A stretch of DNA of 64,000 nucleotides, taken from NCBI RefSeq assembly GCF_009914755.1, contig NC_060936.1. One strand, written 5' to 3'. Origin of the DNA: the human T2T-CHM13v2.0 reference genome, Homo sapiens. Below, in pieces: positions 39,177 to 52,302 of this stretch (position 1 is its first letter; every line of letters starts with the position of its first letter). The position numbers and the translations under genes were made by a program. The notes under the pieces were generated by a model. That model did no database searches. It had not been told where the DNA came from and saw only the letters and a list, made by a program, of their open reading frames with translations.

Positions 39177-40204
39177 GAGTCTAGATTAATCTAATGTTCC
39201 CTTCAGTTATATTAATTTGTGAAGAAAGTGTAGTCTTATCCTAAAAGCTGTGATCTAAGAGGAAAGTTTAGGAAAAAAAGAAAGTTACCTGCTTTAAAAT
39301 TAGCATATTTTATAATAAGCTGATTTTAGATCCAGCATTAATGAGCACCTTTCCCCAGCTCACACCCTTGAATATTTGTGTGTTTCTCATGTTATCTATG
39401 AAGGTGTAGGTTCCTCTGAGGAGAGAAACTAGGTTTTTTTCACCTTTGCATTCCCCTCTCAAAATATATAAATATACAACGCCCATGCCCATATATACAC
39501 ACCCTCAATACATATTGCTTTGCACAGAACAAACATAATATTTACTTGTTAAATGACCCAGCATATCACAGCATTTTACAACACTACTGTGGACAGTTGG
39601 CCACAGGAAGAACCTATCAATCAGAGCAAATAAACTCCAGGAGGTCTGTAACTAAAACCCGATTGCGCAGCGTATTTATTTCTCATTTCTCCCTTCCTAG
39701 CAAAAGGAATATTGGGACCTCAATCTTCCACCACCCCGGGTGAAAACGAGGTTGCTCACTACCCTAGAAAGCATAAAGGTCGAGCCTAGAGGAGAGTCAG
39801 TGGGAAGTTCAGGCCCTGGTCTGCCCATTACTTCATGAGCAGGCCAGCAAGGTCTTCCTCATGGGGTGTGATGGAGATATGCAGAAAGCCCTTCACACAC
39901 ATGCACACAGGCAGACCTGGGCCCCTCACAGTTCCCTTCACAAACGCAGGAGAAAATTTGGAGCAAAACAGATGTTTTCTGAATTCCTCCTTGCCACTTG
40001 CTGTTTGTGTGACTTTGGGCAAATTACATTAGCCCGTCAAAGTAGCAGGATAAGGAGATGTGTGGATATAGGCCTTGATCACAGAGTTGATGCTACACCC
40101 ATTCAGCAGTTTATTCCCCTCTTCACCGAATTTCAGGGGGAATGTGAGAGCAAACCTAGAACAGAAATGTGCTTTCCTTTTAAGTTTTCTTTTTAAAAAT
40201 ATTT

Positions 40205-40489
40205 TCAAATGTTTTTTAAGAGGCAGAATCTCACTCTATCACCCAGACTGGAGTGTTGTGTTCATAGCTCACTATACCCTCTAACTCCTGGGCCTAAGGG
40301 ATTGCCCTGCCTCAGCCTCCTGAGTAGCTGGGACTATAGGTTCACACCACCACACCCAGCTAATTTTTTTTTTTGTAGAGATGGGGTCTCACTATGTTGC
40401 CCTGGTCTTGAACTTCTGGCTTCAAGCGGTCCTCCTGCATTTGCCTCCCAAAGTGCTGGGATTGCAGGCATCAGCTACTGCACCCAGCC
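40205..40489 (-). mobile_element. AluJ
   Basis: Diverged antisense dimer with J-type features. Confidence 0.88.
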
Positions 40490-40499
40490 AAAAATTGCA

Positions 40500-41110
40500 G
40501 TTTTTTAAAAAATGTGTAATAGTACTTACACATGGTAAAAATTTCCTAAGTATGTACAATGAAGTTTTCCTCCTGTCTATCCAGCCACCCAGTTCTCCCC
40601 AGAGGCAACCAATGTTTTCCGAGGTGTATGTGTCCTCCCATAGTCATTCTGTGCATGCACAAGCAAATATGCCTATCAACATATTCATATGCATGTACTT
40701 CCTAATATGTGCACATTTTCCTCTGACACAAATAGCTGTGTGACTGTTTTGAACCTTTTCTCCTTGTCCTGTCTTGGAGATTTTTTTAGATCTACACCAA
40801 GGGCCCTTAATCTATTTACAGGTGCAGAATATTCCACTGTAGAGTTGTACCATAATTTTCTTATCCTATCCCCCACTGATTAATAATTTAGGTTATTTCC
40901 AGGCTTTTGCTATTATAACCCATGCCATAATGAACATTGTTGTACATCTGTCACTTTGCACACGGGTAAGTATATTTGTAGAATACATTTCTAAAAAAAG
41001 AAATCCCTAGATTAGATGGTATGTAGTGAAGATATATGCGTAGTTTTGATAGACCTGACCAAATGGCCCTTAAAGAGTTTGTATGTTTGCTCTCCCCCTA
41101 GCAGTGCATG
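40500..41110 (-). mobile_element. L1ME-like 3' fragment
   Basis: aatttaggttatttccaggcttttgctattataa...aatgaacatt. Confidence 0.65.
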
Positions 41111-41492
41111 GGAGTGGATATGAGTTTACAAGCCAATGTGAAGCCCTGGTCAGAGACTGAGCCCCAAGCCTCATGTTTGCCAGAGTTGCTTAGCTTACAT
41201 TGTGTGCATGAGGGGATGGGGGATATGTGTGTGTATGAGAGAGAGAGAGAGACTTCATTTGGAGAAAGCTGTGGCTAACTGTGAGAACCATGATATGGGG
41301 AATCATCACTGTTCCTTCTCATAATCCTCCAGTTTGAAAGAATGACCCAGAAAATGAAAGTGTTCCACACCCCGCAGGAAGATCCTTAGACATGCAGTGT
41401 GGAGGCAGTAGTTCAGCTGATAGCTAGAAGAGATGGCAAGAGCAAGAGCAGAGGCCAAGGTATAAGGAGATGAGATTTAGTTTCATAGCCCC

Positions 41493-41923
41493 TGTGTTAG
41501 GTTATTTGCATTGCTATAAAGGAATACCTGAGACTGGGTAGCTTATAAAGAAACGAGGTCTATTTTGGCCACAGTTATATAAACCTGTACAGGAAGCATG
41601 GCACCAGAATCTGCTCCTGGTGAGGACTTAGGAAGCTTCCAATTGTGGTGGAAGGTGAAGAGAGAGCAAGCATGTCAGATGGCAAGAGTGGGAGCAAGGG
41701 CAAGGTGGGGCAGGGGGAAGTGGGGAGCCACACTCTTTTAAACAACCAGCTCTTACATAAACTACCAGAGTGAGAACTCACTCATTACCATGGGCGTAAC
41801 ACCAAGACATTCATGAGAGATCCACCCCCATGAACCAAACACCTCCCACCAGACCCCACCTCTAACACTGGGGATTCCATTTCAAAATTAGATTTAGAGG
41901 GGACAAACATCCAAACTATATCA
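41493..41923 (-). mobile_element. MSTA/MSTB solo LTR
   Basis: tgcattgctataaaggaatacctgagactgggt...acatccaaactatatca; TSD gcccc/gccac. Confidence 0.88.
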
Positions 41924-42119
41924 GCCACCAACATTAGCTAGTGTTCTTCAGATGGTCAGCTCATTTGATCCAACTTTAAGTGTTTATCATGTGCTAAGCC
42001 CTTTACCTGTGCTGGAAATACAGAGATGAGCATGGCCGGTTTCTGCCCTCAAGAAGCTCACCCAAGGAAGTGGGCCATGTGGGCGGACAGCTTTCATGGA
42101 ATGTAATAGAAACTACAGC

Positions 42120-42340
42120 AATGATGACAGCTAACTCTGAGAACATCTTCAATGCCAGCCAGTGGGCTCAGCACTGCGTGTCATCTCACTTAATTGTACA
42201 ATAGCCCTGTGAAGGTGATTACAGTGTTATCCCCATTTCACAGATGAGGAAACCAAGACCCAGAAAAGTTGAGGGATAGCCCTAAAACCACATCATAGGT
42301 GGCACTACTGGAGTATATGCTGAGGTCTGTCTGACTGCAG
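42120..42340 (-). mobile_element. MIR
   Basis: atccccatttcacagatgaggaaacc. Confidence 0.75.
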
Positions 42341-42438
42341 AGTATTGAGATAAATCAGAGTGTTCAGCATACTCAGAGCTAAAAGTCGCTCCTCCTCCTC
42401 CATCAGTGGTTCTTTGCTTCCTTCTCTCTTTATAGCAT

Positions 42439-42799
42439 CACATTAGTTGTTCTCACGCTGCTAATAAAGACACACCCAAGACTGGGTAATTTATAAAGGA
42501 AAGGAGGTTTAATGGACTCACAGTTCCAAATGGCTGAGGAGGCCTTGCAATCATGGTGGAAGATGAAGGAGGAGCAAAGGCACATCTTACGTGTTGGCAG
42601 GCAGGAGAGATCATGTGCAGGGGAACTGCCCTGTATAACACCATCAGATCTCATGAGACTTACTCACTATCACAAGAACAGCACTGGAAAAACTCACCCC
42701 CATGATTCGATTACCTCCCACCAGGTCCCTCCCATGACACATGGGGATTATGGGAACTATGATTCAAGAAGAGTGTGGGGACACAGCTAAACCATATCA
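42439..42799 (-). mobile_element. THE1 (C-like) solo LTR
   Basis: tgctaataaagacacacccaagactgggtaattt...gggacacagctaaaccatatca; TSD agcat/agcac. Confidence 0.9.
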
Positions 42800-43014
42800 A
42801 GCACCACACTGCATTTCAGAGTGAGGGCATGGAAGTCAAGCCAGGGCCTCTGGGGAAGATATGGCCTGAGCTGAGATTTGGAAACAAATGAATAAAAACC
42901 TGGAAACAAGAGCAATCTGGACAGAGGAACTCTCAGCTGACCTCCAGGAGACTCAGCCTCCAGGCCTCAGGAAGTAGCTGGCAGACAGAGGCAAGCGAGC
43001 AAACAGAGTCACCA

Positions 43015-43220
43015 CAGGGGTAGCCTTTGGAGCCAGACTGCCTGAGTTCAAATGCTGGTTCAGCCCTTTTTTAGCTCAGTGACGTTGGGTGCATCACTTA
43101 ACCTCTCTGATTCTTCACCTGTAAAATGTGGCTAATAAGTACTACTTCCCTTATGGGTTGAAATAGGGATTGAATAAGTTCATGTATTGAGACTGTTTAG
43201 AATAGTGTCTGGCACATGCC
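43015..43220 (+). mobile_element. MIR
   Basis: tttggagccagactgcctgagttcaaat...cacttaacctctctg...ctgtaaaatg. Confidence 0.8.
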
Positions 43221-44731
43221 CTGTGTGTGTATTCCTCTACAGAACCTCCAGGCTCCAGGTACAGCCTAGATGTAAGGAAAAGAAAAACAAAAATTTGAAG
43301 CTTGTCTGTGGTGCTTATTATAGAGAATATTTACATGTGCTCAGAAAATGTAATGTGATGCTATAAAAAGGGAAGGAAGCAGAAAACCATTTAATGGAGG
43401 AGGGACATGGGCTTTTGGCCTTCAATTTTCTTGTCAAGCATAGTTGTGCTTCTCAGCTTTCAGTTATCATCTAGAATTGTGAGGCAAAATGTGCTTTTTA
43501 TTTATTGTCTATTTCTTTATGACATCTTTACTTGGTGTTAAAATATAATGGCCTGTCTCAAATCAGGTGAAAAAGCAGAGGAAGATAAAATACAAAGAAA
43601 CACATTCAGTGAGACTCTCGGTTTTCTCCTCTTCCTCTTTGATGCTGTAAAATGTTTTCAGAGATAAATGTCAGATAAATGCTGCAGCATCCTCATTTAC
43701 CCACACAGCGTTTATCGCTCATCCACCAACTCAAATTACCTTTCTCCAAGAGCGGTATTCAGTAAGAGAATCCAAGAGAAGTAAAAGTGAGAGAAAAATA
43801 CTTCGGTAAATCAGTTCTCATGATTTACTTTTTGTCTCCATATTCCCTGGCCTTTCTTTCCTTTATCTGTTATCCCAAAGTCACATTTCCAGCCCTGTTT
43901 CCAAACCAAACCCCATGCTTGGACTACTCTTTCTCGAGGCCAATTTTTTCTCTTCCTCTCATTATTTGAACAACTCCTGAGAATTCATTTCCTTGAAGAA
44001 AAACATTTAGCAAATTCCACATCATAAATTACCATGACCCTCACATACCTGTGTACCAGCCACTCCCCGGATCCCTGGGCTACAGAAGTGATGATTCAGC
44101 CCTTTGTCCTGAATGAGCTCATGGTCTTACATGGAAGGAAAGGCATGCAGAAGGAGGTTGACCTTGCCTTTCTCTGGCATACACTCACATTCATTTCCTT
44201 GATGCTCTTGCTTCCCCACTATACTGTAAGCTTCTCAAGGACAAGGATTTTATCTGTTTTGTTTACCACTGTATAATTTGTACCTTAAAAGAGTATCCTC
44301 AGTAAACATTTGACGAACAAATGAAAAAAAAATGACAATATGGAATGATCAGTAAATTGATGTGCTTGCAAAATAAGAAATAGCACAAAGGAAGGAGTAA
44401 CTGAATGCTTTGGGGGACAGAAGTGTAGTTGGAGGGGTGGGGAGACTTGCTGGAGGAGGTGACTTCTGAGCTGAGTGTTGGGGAAAATGCCTACATTTAT
44501 ATGCCTTTGCATGATGTCCAGCTTATAGGAGGTGCCCAAGGAAAGTTTGCAGGGTTGATAAACTTTATAATTTATGAAGGAGTTACATATACAGTATCTC
44601 TAATATTCTACCATTTTTTGCATTCGTAAAAAGGGGAAACATGGCCATTTCATGCTGGATTATGTAAACCTGGAAGCTCTATCTGCTACCTAGAAAACCT
44701 CTTAGTAGGGTACAAGCACCTACTGGAAAGC

Positions 44732-44770
44732 CGTGTGTGTGTGTGTGCGCACACACACATACACACACAT
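44732..44770. repeat. (TG)n-CG-(CA)n self-complementary microsatellite
   Basis: gtgtgtgtgtgtgtgcgcacacacacatacacacacat. Confidence 0.9.
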
Positions 44771-45400
44771 ACCTGCACATGCACCCTTGACAAAGTAGAG
44801 ACTGGCTAGGGCACTTGCTGGGAGGCAAATCAATCTTAAGTGTGTGCTTTAGAAGAAAGATCCTATTCACGAAAGAACATGGAAAAGGTAAGGACAGAGG
44901 TGATTTCCAGAGACTGGCCTCTCACCTCACCTGTGAGCCAGACCACAGCTCATTACCTAACTCCTATATCCACCACCCAAGCCAGTTTTATATCTTAAAA
45001 TTTCTGAAAATCCATTGATTATGCCATGGGAGAGCCTGAGGTAGGAGAGAAGAGGAGAGAAAAACAAAATGAATTTTTAGTTGAATTAATATAATGAGCT
45101 TACTGAGAAAAAACAAGATACAAGACCTAGACTTGCTATTAGTTTATTTTTAGGTTTCTTAACTTTGTTTAGCTCCAGCTCCTTCCTAGCATGAACGATG
45201 TTGATGCTGAAAACCAAAACTACTCATACCTATGAGCCTACTATCCTGGTGTGATCTCTGGCTCCCTCAGGCTGTTCCAGACACACCCTGTCTATGACTG
45301 ACTGAAGACATCTGCATCTGAGCAACACCAAATTATAACAAAAATTAGATCCTTCACCTCCGATTAATTCTCAACTTGTATTTTTAATATATGTATGCAG

Positions 45401-45507
45401 CTTCATCATACACAACAAAGAAACGTTCTTCAACAATGCCACAAGAAGTAGAATCGTGCATCACATTTTACAAAGAATAAAATATGAAGAAGGAAAAAAC
45501 AAGATTG
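45401..45507 (+). CDS. ANO4: ANO4 internal coding exon, 107 nt, phase 2-1, (H)[35 protein letters not shown](G)
   Basis: Acceptor tgcag ends at 45400; donor gtaagt at 45508. Contains the anoctamin FF..ATRSRIV motif; frame is continuous with both neighbours. Not in the ORF track. Confidence 0.96.
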
Positions 45508-45744
45508 GTAAGTAGTATGTTAGTATAACAAACTACATTTGGCATTTGGGAATTACAGACTTCTTCCCTTGGTTTTATTAAGTTTGTATCAATTCTAGCA
45601 ATGCTTGTCACTTATAAAACCCCTAACTAATCCTTTGATGAATAATTCACAAGTGTAAAATCTTCGTCGCATCCTTAAATATCTTCTTTAAATAGCATGT
45701 TGTCTCATTTGTCTAAGATCATGGAGAAATTCTCTCATTTTAGA

Positions 45745-46060
45745 AAATGTTGTGTGCCAGGCACTGAACTAGATGTTGGGGAGATATGCATAGTTCTGAT
45801 CTGGAGCTTGTGTTCAAGAAATTAAAAGCAGACAATAAACCAATAAGTAAATACAATAACATGAAGAAATTAAACTGGATGATGATACAGAGATAGGCTG
45901 GTAAAAGGTGGGAGTGAGTTCAAGCTGAGATTTGATGATGAGGGCAAGCTTCACTGAGAAGCTGAAATTTGAACTGAGACCTGAATGCTGGGGAACCAGT
46001 GTGGGAAGATCGAGGGGTAGGGTGTTCCCATGCAGAGGGAGCTGTAAGCACGGAGATGAG
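45745..46060 (-). mobile_element. L2 3' fragment
   Basis: tgtgccaggcactgaactagatgttgggga...tttgaactgagacctgaatg. Confidence 0.7.
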
Positions 46061-46269
46061 CTGTCCCACAAAAGCAACTTCTCCAGTCATCTCCTCCATT
46101 AAATAGCCTCTACCATATATATTTTAGGCATTTTTATGAGAATGTGTCCATATTATATTACACATTTCCTGCCTTATTAAACAGATTATTATATATCAGG
46201 AAGGGTTGGGTGGCTTTGTTCTTATCTCTTTTTCCAGCAAGTTTTTTATCAATAGTTTTAATAATGACC

Positions 46270-46925
46270 TATATCAGTCAGGGTCTAATCAGGAGACAAA
46301 GGCACAAGTAAATTGAACAGAGAAAGTTTTATATAAATAATTAACTGTGACAGGGGATTGGAGTAATGGAGGGTTGGCTAGTCAAGGGTAAGAATAACTC
46401 TAAAGAATACAGGAATAGCAGATGTTAGGAGCAGCTACCACCTCTGAGAAGACTCCTCGCTACAATGCTAAGCTGCAGATCCTGCTGGAAGAGGTACAGC
46501 CATGGCAGTGCAGTTTGCTGGGGGCTCTAGAAATCTGCCCTCTGGAGTACTGGGGGAAGCTGCCTCGAGTGGCTCCAAGGAAGTCATTCTTTGGGAGTTG
46601 CTACATCAGCAGCACTACTCTGTGAAGCCCCCCAAGGGGATACTGAAAATCTGCCTTTGAGGAGTACCATGTGTTTCCAGCCACCACGCACTGCAGGAGC
46701 TGGGTACTGTAGAAGTATGTGCTACAGAAGCCTGCTGAGATATCATACTGGTATCAGGAAGAGAAACCCCTTCCTCCTCCAGTGTCCCTCCCAGTGTCTT
46801 CTGCTGGCAAAGCTTAACATTGAATCAGCTGACAAAGGAGAAATAGTTACAATAGTTACATTATTGCAAAGCAGGCAATGAAGGTGCATTTGGAGCTGAG
46901 GGGAAATAAGTTAATATCTGGTGCA
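46270..46925 (-). mobile_element. Old ERVL-class solo LTR (LTR41-like)
   Basis: tcagtcagggtc...ttggagctgaggggaaataagttaatatctggtgca. Confidence 0.5.
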
Positions 46926-46931
46926 TAGCCC

Positions 46932-47530
46932 AGATGACCTGCTCATCAAGCTTTCGGGTAGGGTGAAACTAGAAGGTTGCATTAAATGACAAGACTCAGT
47001 AGCTGGCACTCAGCCAAATCCAGCAAGATGACATTTAATAATTTTGCGTTGACCATTTCTAATGTGTATTTTCTTTTCCTTTCAGTCTTTTAAAAAATAT
47101 TTACTAATTCAGTGAAAATGTTATTTAAACATACATTTGGTTATTAATGAGATTTGAGATTTTTCAAATGCTTATTTTATTCATTTACATTTGTTCGAAT
47201 AGAAAAGGAAGTACATAAAATTTTACATTAATATCACTGTAAAAAATTAAAAAAATAATTTTTAAGGTAAAGTCTTACAGTCAAATTCAGCAAAACAACT
47301 ACCTTGGTACAGTGTGGGAGAAATGTTGCTCAACATCATAAGAGGAACAGATTTGAGAGTTGAGCTGAATGCAAGCTTGGTGTGAGTCACTAGCATAATG
47401 ACTCTGCCAAAAAAAAAAAAAAAAAAACACCTACTTTGATCCCAAGCTGCATAAATTAAAATATAACATGGAGAAATAGATAGCTTTCTAGTCCAGATCT
47501 GATTACAACTGGAATATTATGTTTTGTGAG
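46932..47530 (+). mobile_element. L3/CR1 ORF2 fragments
   Basis: ctcatcaagctt...caagatgacatttaata; gcaagcttggtgtgagtca...ctgccaaaaa...gctgcat...ctggaatattatgt. Confidence 0.55.
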
Positions 47531-48053
47531 AGTCAATGTATGGGGGTATGGTGAAGTCAAACCTGATTTAGGTCTTTCTTAACTTTGATGGATTTTAGTT
47601 AAACACATTCCCATTTCTCTGCATTAGTCATCCTTCCTTGAAACACATTCCTTCAATAAAGTCCTCTGTGACCATTCCAGCTTGAATGAATTCTTCTCTC
47701 TTCTGAATTCCTATGGCAACTATTTTTGGAGTCTATTTGATAGTTAGTCATATACAACTCTTCTTTTGTTGTCTTGAACTACATTCAATAACATTATGAA
47801 AATCTACCACATAAAGAGAACCACTCATAACATTTGCGTACTGAATAATTTAAATGTTACCTTAGTTACTTTTATATCTTAATTTCTTATTCATTCATAT
47901 GGTTTTTAGAAACAAACTTAGGATGTGCTATGCATCCTTTTTACGAACTTTTTTCAGTTAACATTGTACCATAAACATACTAGAAAGCAAGTGAGTGAAA
48001 GTGAAGTTATTATTGCAGTAGCTGTTCTGAATCACTTCATAAAATGCAAATAA

Positions 48054-48368
<315 letters not shown>

Positions 48369-48755
48369 ACGACTCTTTATGAGACACTAGTGTATTAAGA
48401 ATCTGCAGCTGAATGCTGCTCATCTGGATAATAAGATCCTTAACTGTAAATAAACTGCCTTATTTATCTTTATATCATCACTGCCTAGCACAGTGCCTGG
48501 CATATAGTAGGAGTTCAATAAAGGCGTGCTGAACTGAAAAGCTTTTAAATTATTGTGCCTAATTTTGCGTCTCAAAATGTGGGATGCTTTTATAAGCAAA
48601 AGAAGGACAGAGACAGTGATTTTTAAATGTTCTGAAGAAGCACAGGAAGTGTAGTATTGTTGCTAGTCAGAAAGGGTCTTTATAAAAGTTTCTTTCATTT
48701 GATGAAATAAGGAGTTTTCTATTCAAAGACCTCCATGTGTTGAAAATTGGTAATA

Positions 48756-49060
48756 GGCCAGGCACATTGGCTCATGCCTGGAATCCCAGAACTTTGGGAG
48801 GCTGAGGCAGGAGGATTGCTTGAGCCCAAGAGTCTGAAACCAGCCTGAGCATAATGGTGAAACCCCATCTCTACAAAAAATACAAAAAGTTACCCAGGCG
48901 TGGTGGTCAGTACCTATAGTCCCAGCCATCAGGAGGCTGAGATGGGAGGATTACTTCTGGGAGGTCAAGGCGGCAGTGAGCTGAGATTGTGCCACTGCTC
49001 TCCAGCCTGGGCAACAGAACAGGAGTCTGTCACAACAAAGAAAAAGAAAATAATAAAAGA
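48756..49060 (+). mobile_element. AluJ
   Basis: J-type diagnostics; TSD gaaaattggtaat. Confidence 0.92.
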
Positions 49061-49629
49061 AAATTGGTAATGATGAACTGGAATCATATCTAATTAGAAA
49101 TAACCAATCAGATAGTAAATTATTAAGCCACAACCAAGCATTATGCTGAAAAACATGGAGCAAAACTACTAATGGCCTGTAGATTCAATATTTCATTATC
49201 ATCTTTGGTTTTGTAAATAAAAGAAATAATATGTTAGAAGAAATTTTAATTTCTTGATAGAACTAATGTTTATCCAGTATTATTTTCTGCCTGAAACTCT
49301 TTCTGAAAGTGGCATCTTGCATGAGCCAACATCGATTAGAAATAACATGAAAATACTGATTTGTAGACATGATTCATAAGGATATTTTAGTGGAATGTAA
49401 ACTGCCACTATGTACATTTTTCAACTTCACTCTGAATTTATTTCAACTGTAAAAATCAAACCTGGTGAAACCCACTTTCAAAATAGAGCCATTTAATAGC
49501 TCAACAAAGATTTATTTAACAATGTGGGTGCATACAATAAATCTTGAAATTGATTTGTATTTTTGAATTTGGTGCTTAGAGGAGAAATTAGTAAAGTGAA
49601 AAAGATTTCAAATATTGGCTACTTTCTCA

Positions 49630-49992
<363 letters not shown>

Positions 49993-50475
49993 TTATTAGG
50001 TCCTTATGAATCCTATTTTTTCTAACATCTGGGATGTTTGAAAGTTATTGATGAGATATGTAGAATTCCCAATAGAGACTCCAGGGAATCAAAGCTTTCT
50101 ACATAGTAATTCATTACAAAGGTATTTATTGAGGGCCTCTGGTGCGCTAGACAAACTATAAAGCCTTGTGATATTTGGATTTCAAATGTTTTTCTTAGAT
50201 ATTTAGTATTAATGTGAAGCATCTTAAAACATATTAATGTGTTACTATGATTAAAAGCATCTAAATATTGATTGATCCTCCATCAATGAAAAGTGAATCA
50301 GTGCATGTGCCATTTTCCAGTTAGGCTAAACCTCTAGATTCTGGTAAGGATCTAAAGCATAGGTAGCATTCCTCTCAAGCCACTTGAGAAATTATGATAA
50401 TCTCCTTTGAGGTGTATTTTAGGAAGTAGCAGAAATCTTGATCTGAAAGGAGCTTTAAAGATCAACATGTTAAAC

Positions 50476-52302
50476 TTCCACTTCTGGCCAAGATGGAGCA
50501 ACAGGCACAAGATTTACTCTCCCACCTGAAACAATCACAAAAGAAAAAACAGACAAAATGTATGAAACAACTATTTTCAAGACACTGAATATTGGGCAAC
50601 CCAAAACAAGGATCTCTGAGAGACAGAAAACAAATGAAATGAGCCCTGCTGGGCCCTATCTTACCACCTTGACATAGTTTCTAGACAGCACCATGAAAAG
50701 TGAGAATGTAGGCAGGACCTGAAAGACTCTCTAAGTTGAGAAGTTGTTGCTAGGAGTTGGGAAACAAAGGCAGCGAGAGTTCACAGAAAGAAGTACCGGA
50801 AGGCAGCGAGAGTTCACAGAAGGAAGTACCAGAAAGCAGAGAACTGCACAGGGCTAGAACCTTGAAGATCTGTAGAGGGTCTCCCTCAAGTATTCAGCAA
50901 GTGCTGATCAGTGCATACATGTCCGGAGAATACCCAAGGCCAGAGAAAGAACCATCCAAAAGAATTTCCAGTAAGACTGGAACACCTCATAATTCACAGA
51001 GCAGTGAGGAGAATACTCAGAAAAGTCTTTCCTCCTGCAAACATAAAGAAAATTTAGCAAATAAAGTTTAACAATGTATAACAAGGGTAATACATCATGA
51101 CCAAGTAGAATTTATCCTGGACTGCAAGGTTGGCTTAGTATATGAAAATCAATCAATATAATTCACCATAGTAGCAAACTAAAAAAGAAAAACCATATGT
51201 TCATATTTATGAACATGGGAAAAGCATTTCACAAAGTTCAACATCCATTACAGATAAAAACTCAGCAAACTACTAATAGAAATTATCTTCCTCAACCTCA
51301 TAAAATACATCTATGAAATGCTTATAGTTAAAATTATGCTTAATGATAAAAGACTGAATATTTTCCTCCCAAGATAATGAACGGGACAAGTATGTCTGCA
51401 CTTGCCACTTGTATTCATTTTACTATCCAGTGCAATAAAATAAAAAGAATTAAAACTGTCCTAATTATCAGATGACATGATCACCTATAAAGAAACTCAC
51501 AATGGAATCCATTAAAAGGGACTAATAGGTGAATGTAGCTAGGTTGCAAAAAATGAGATTGATATAAAAACTCAATTGTATTTCTCTCAATCTGCAACAA
51601 ACAGTGAGAAACTGAGATTTTAAAAACCAAATCACTTATAATTAGCCCCCAAATATGAAATATTAAATACTTAAGGATAAATCAAACAAAAGATACTTAA
51701 GAATTGTACACTGAAAACTACAAAACATTGCTGAGATAAATTTAAGAAGACCCAATAAATGGAGACATATACTATGTTTATGAGTCAGAAGACTCAATAT
51801 TGTTAAGAGGTCAGTCTTAACAAATTGATCTATAGATTCAGCACAATCCAGTCAAATTCCCAGAAGGTGTTTTGTGTGTGTATATGTGAAAATTGACAAA
51901 TGAATTCAAAAATTCATAGGGAAATGAAAGGACCTAGAATAGCCAAAACAACTCTGAAAAAGAACAAAAAGTCAAGTCTTTGACTTGAGACAAAGGGTCG
52001 AAGTCAATTCAGTGGGTAAAGAATTGACTTTTCAACATATGATACTGAATTCAAACCCATATGCAAAAAAATGAATTTAGGAAAACTCGTATACAAAAGT
52101 TAACTCAAATGGATTATAGTTCAAAGTGTAAAATTTAAAACCATAAAAATTCTAGGAGAAAATAGAAAATCTTTGTTACCTTGGGTTAACCAAGGGTTTC
52201 TTAAATAAAAGCATAATTCATAAAAGAAGAAAAAAATGGATAACCTAGACTTCAAAATTAAAACTTCCCTTTTCAAATGATGTTTTCAAGAGAATGAAAA
52301 GA
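50476..52302 (+). mobile_element. Old L1M (MC/MD-like): 5' end plus decayed ORF2, left part of host element
   Basis: acttccacttctggccaagatgg 5' end; from ~51050 decayed RT region (catcatgaccaagt, gatgacatgat, tctatagattca). Confidence 0.75.
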
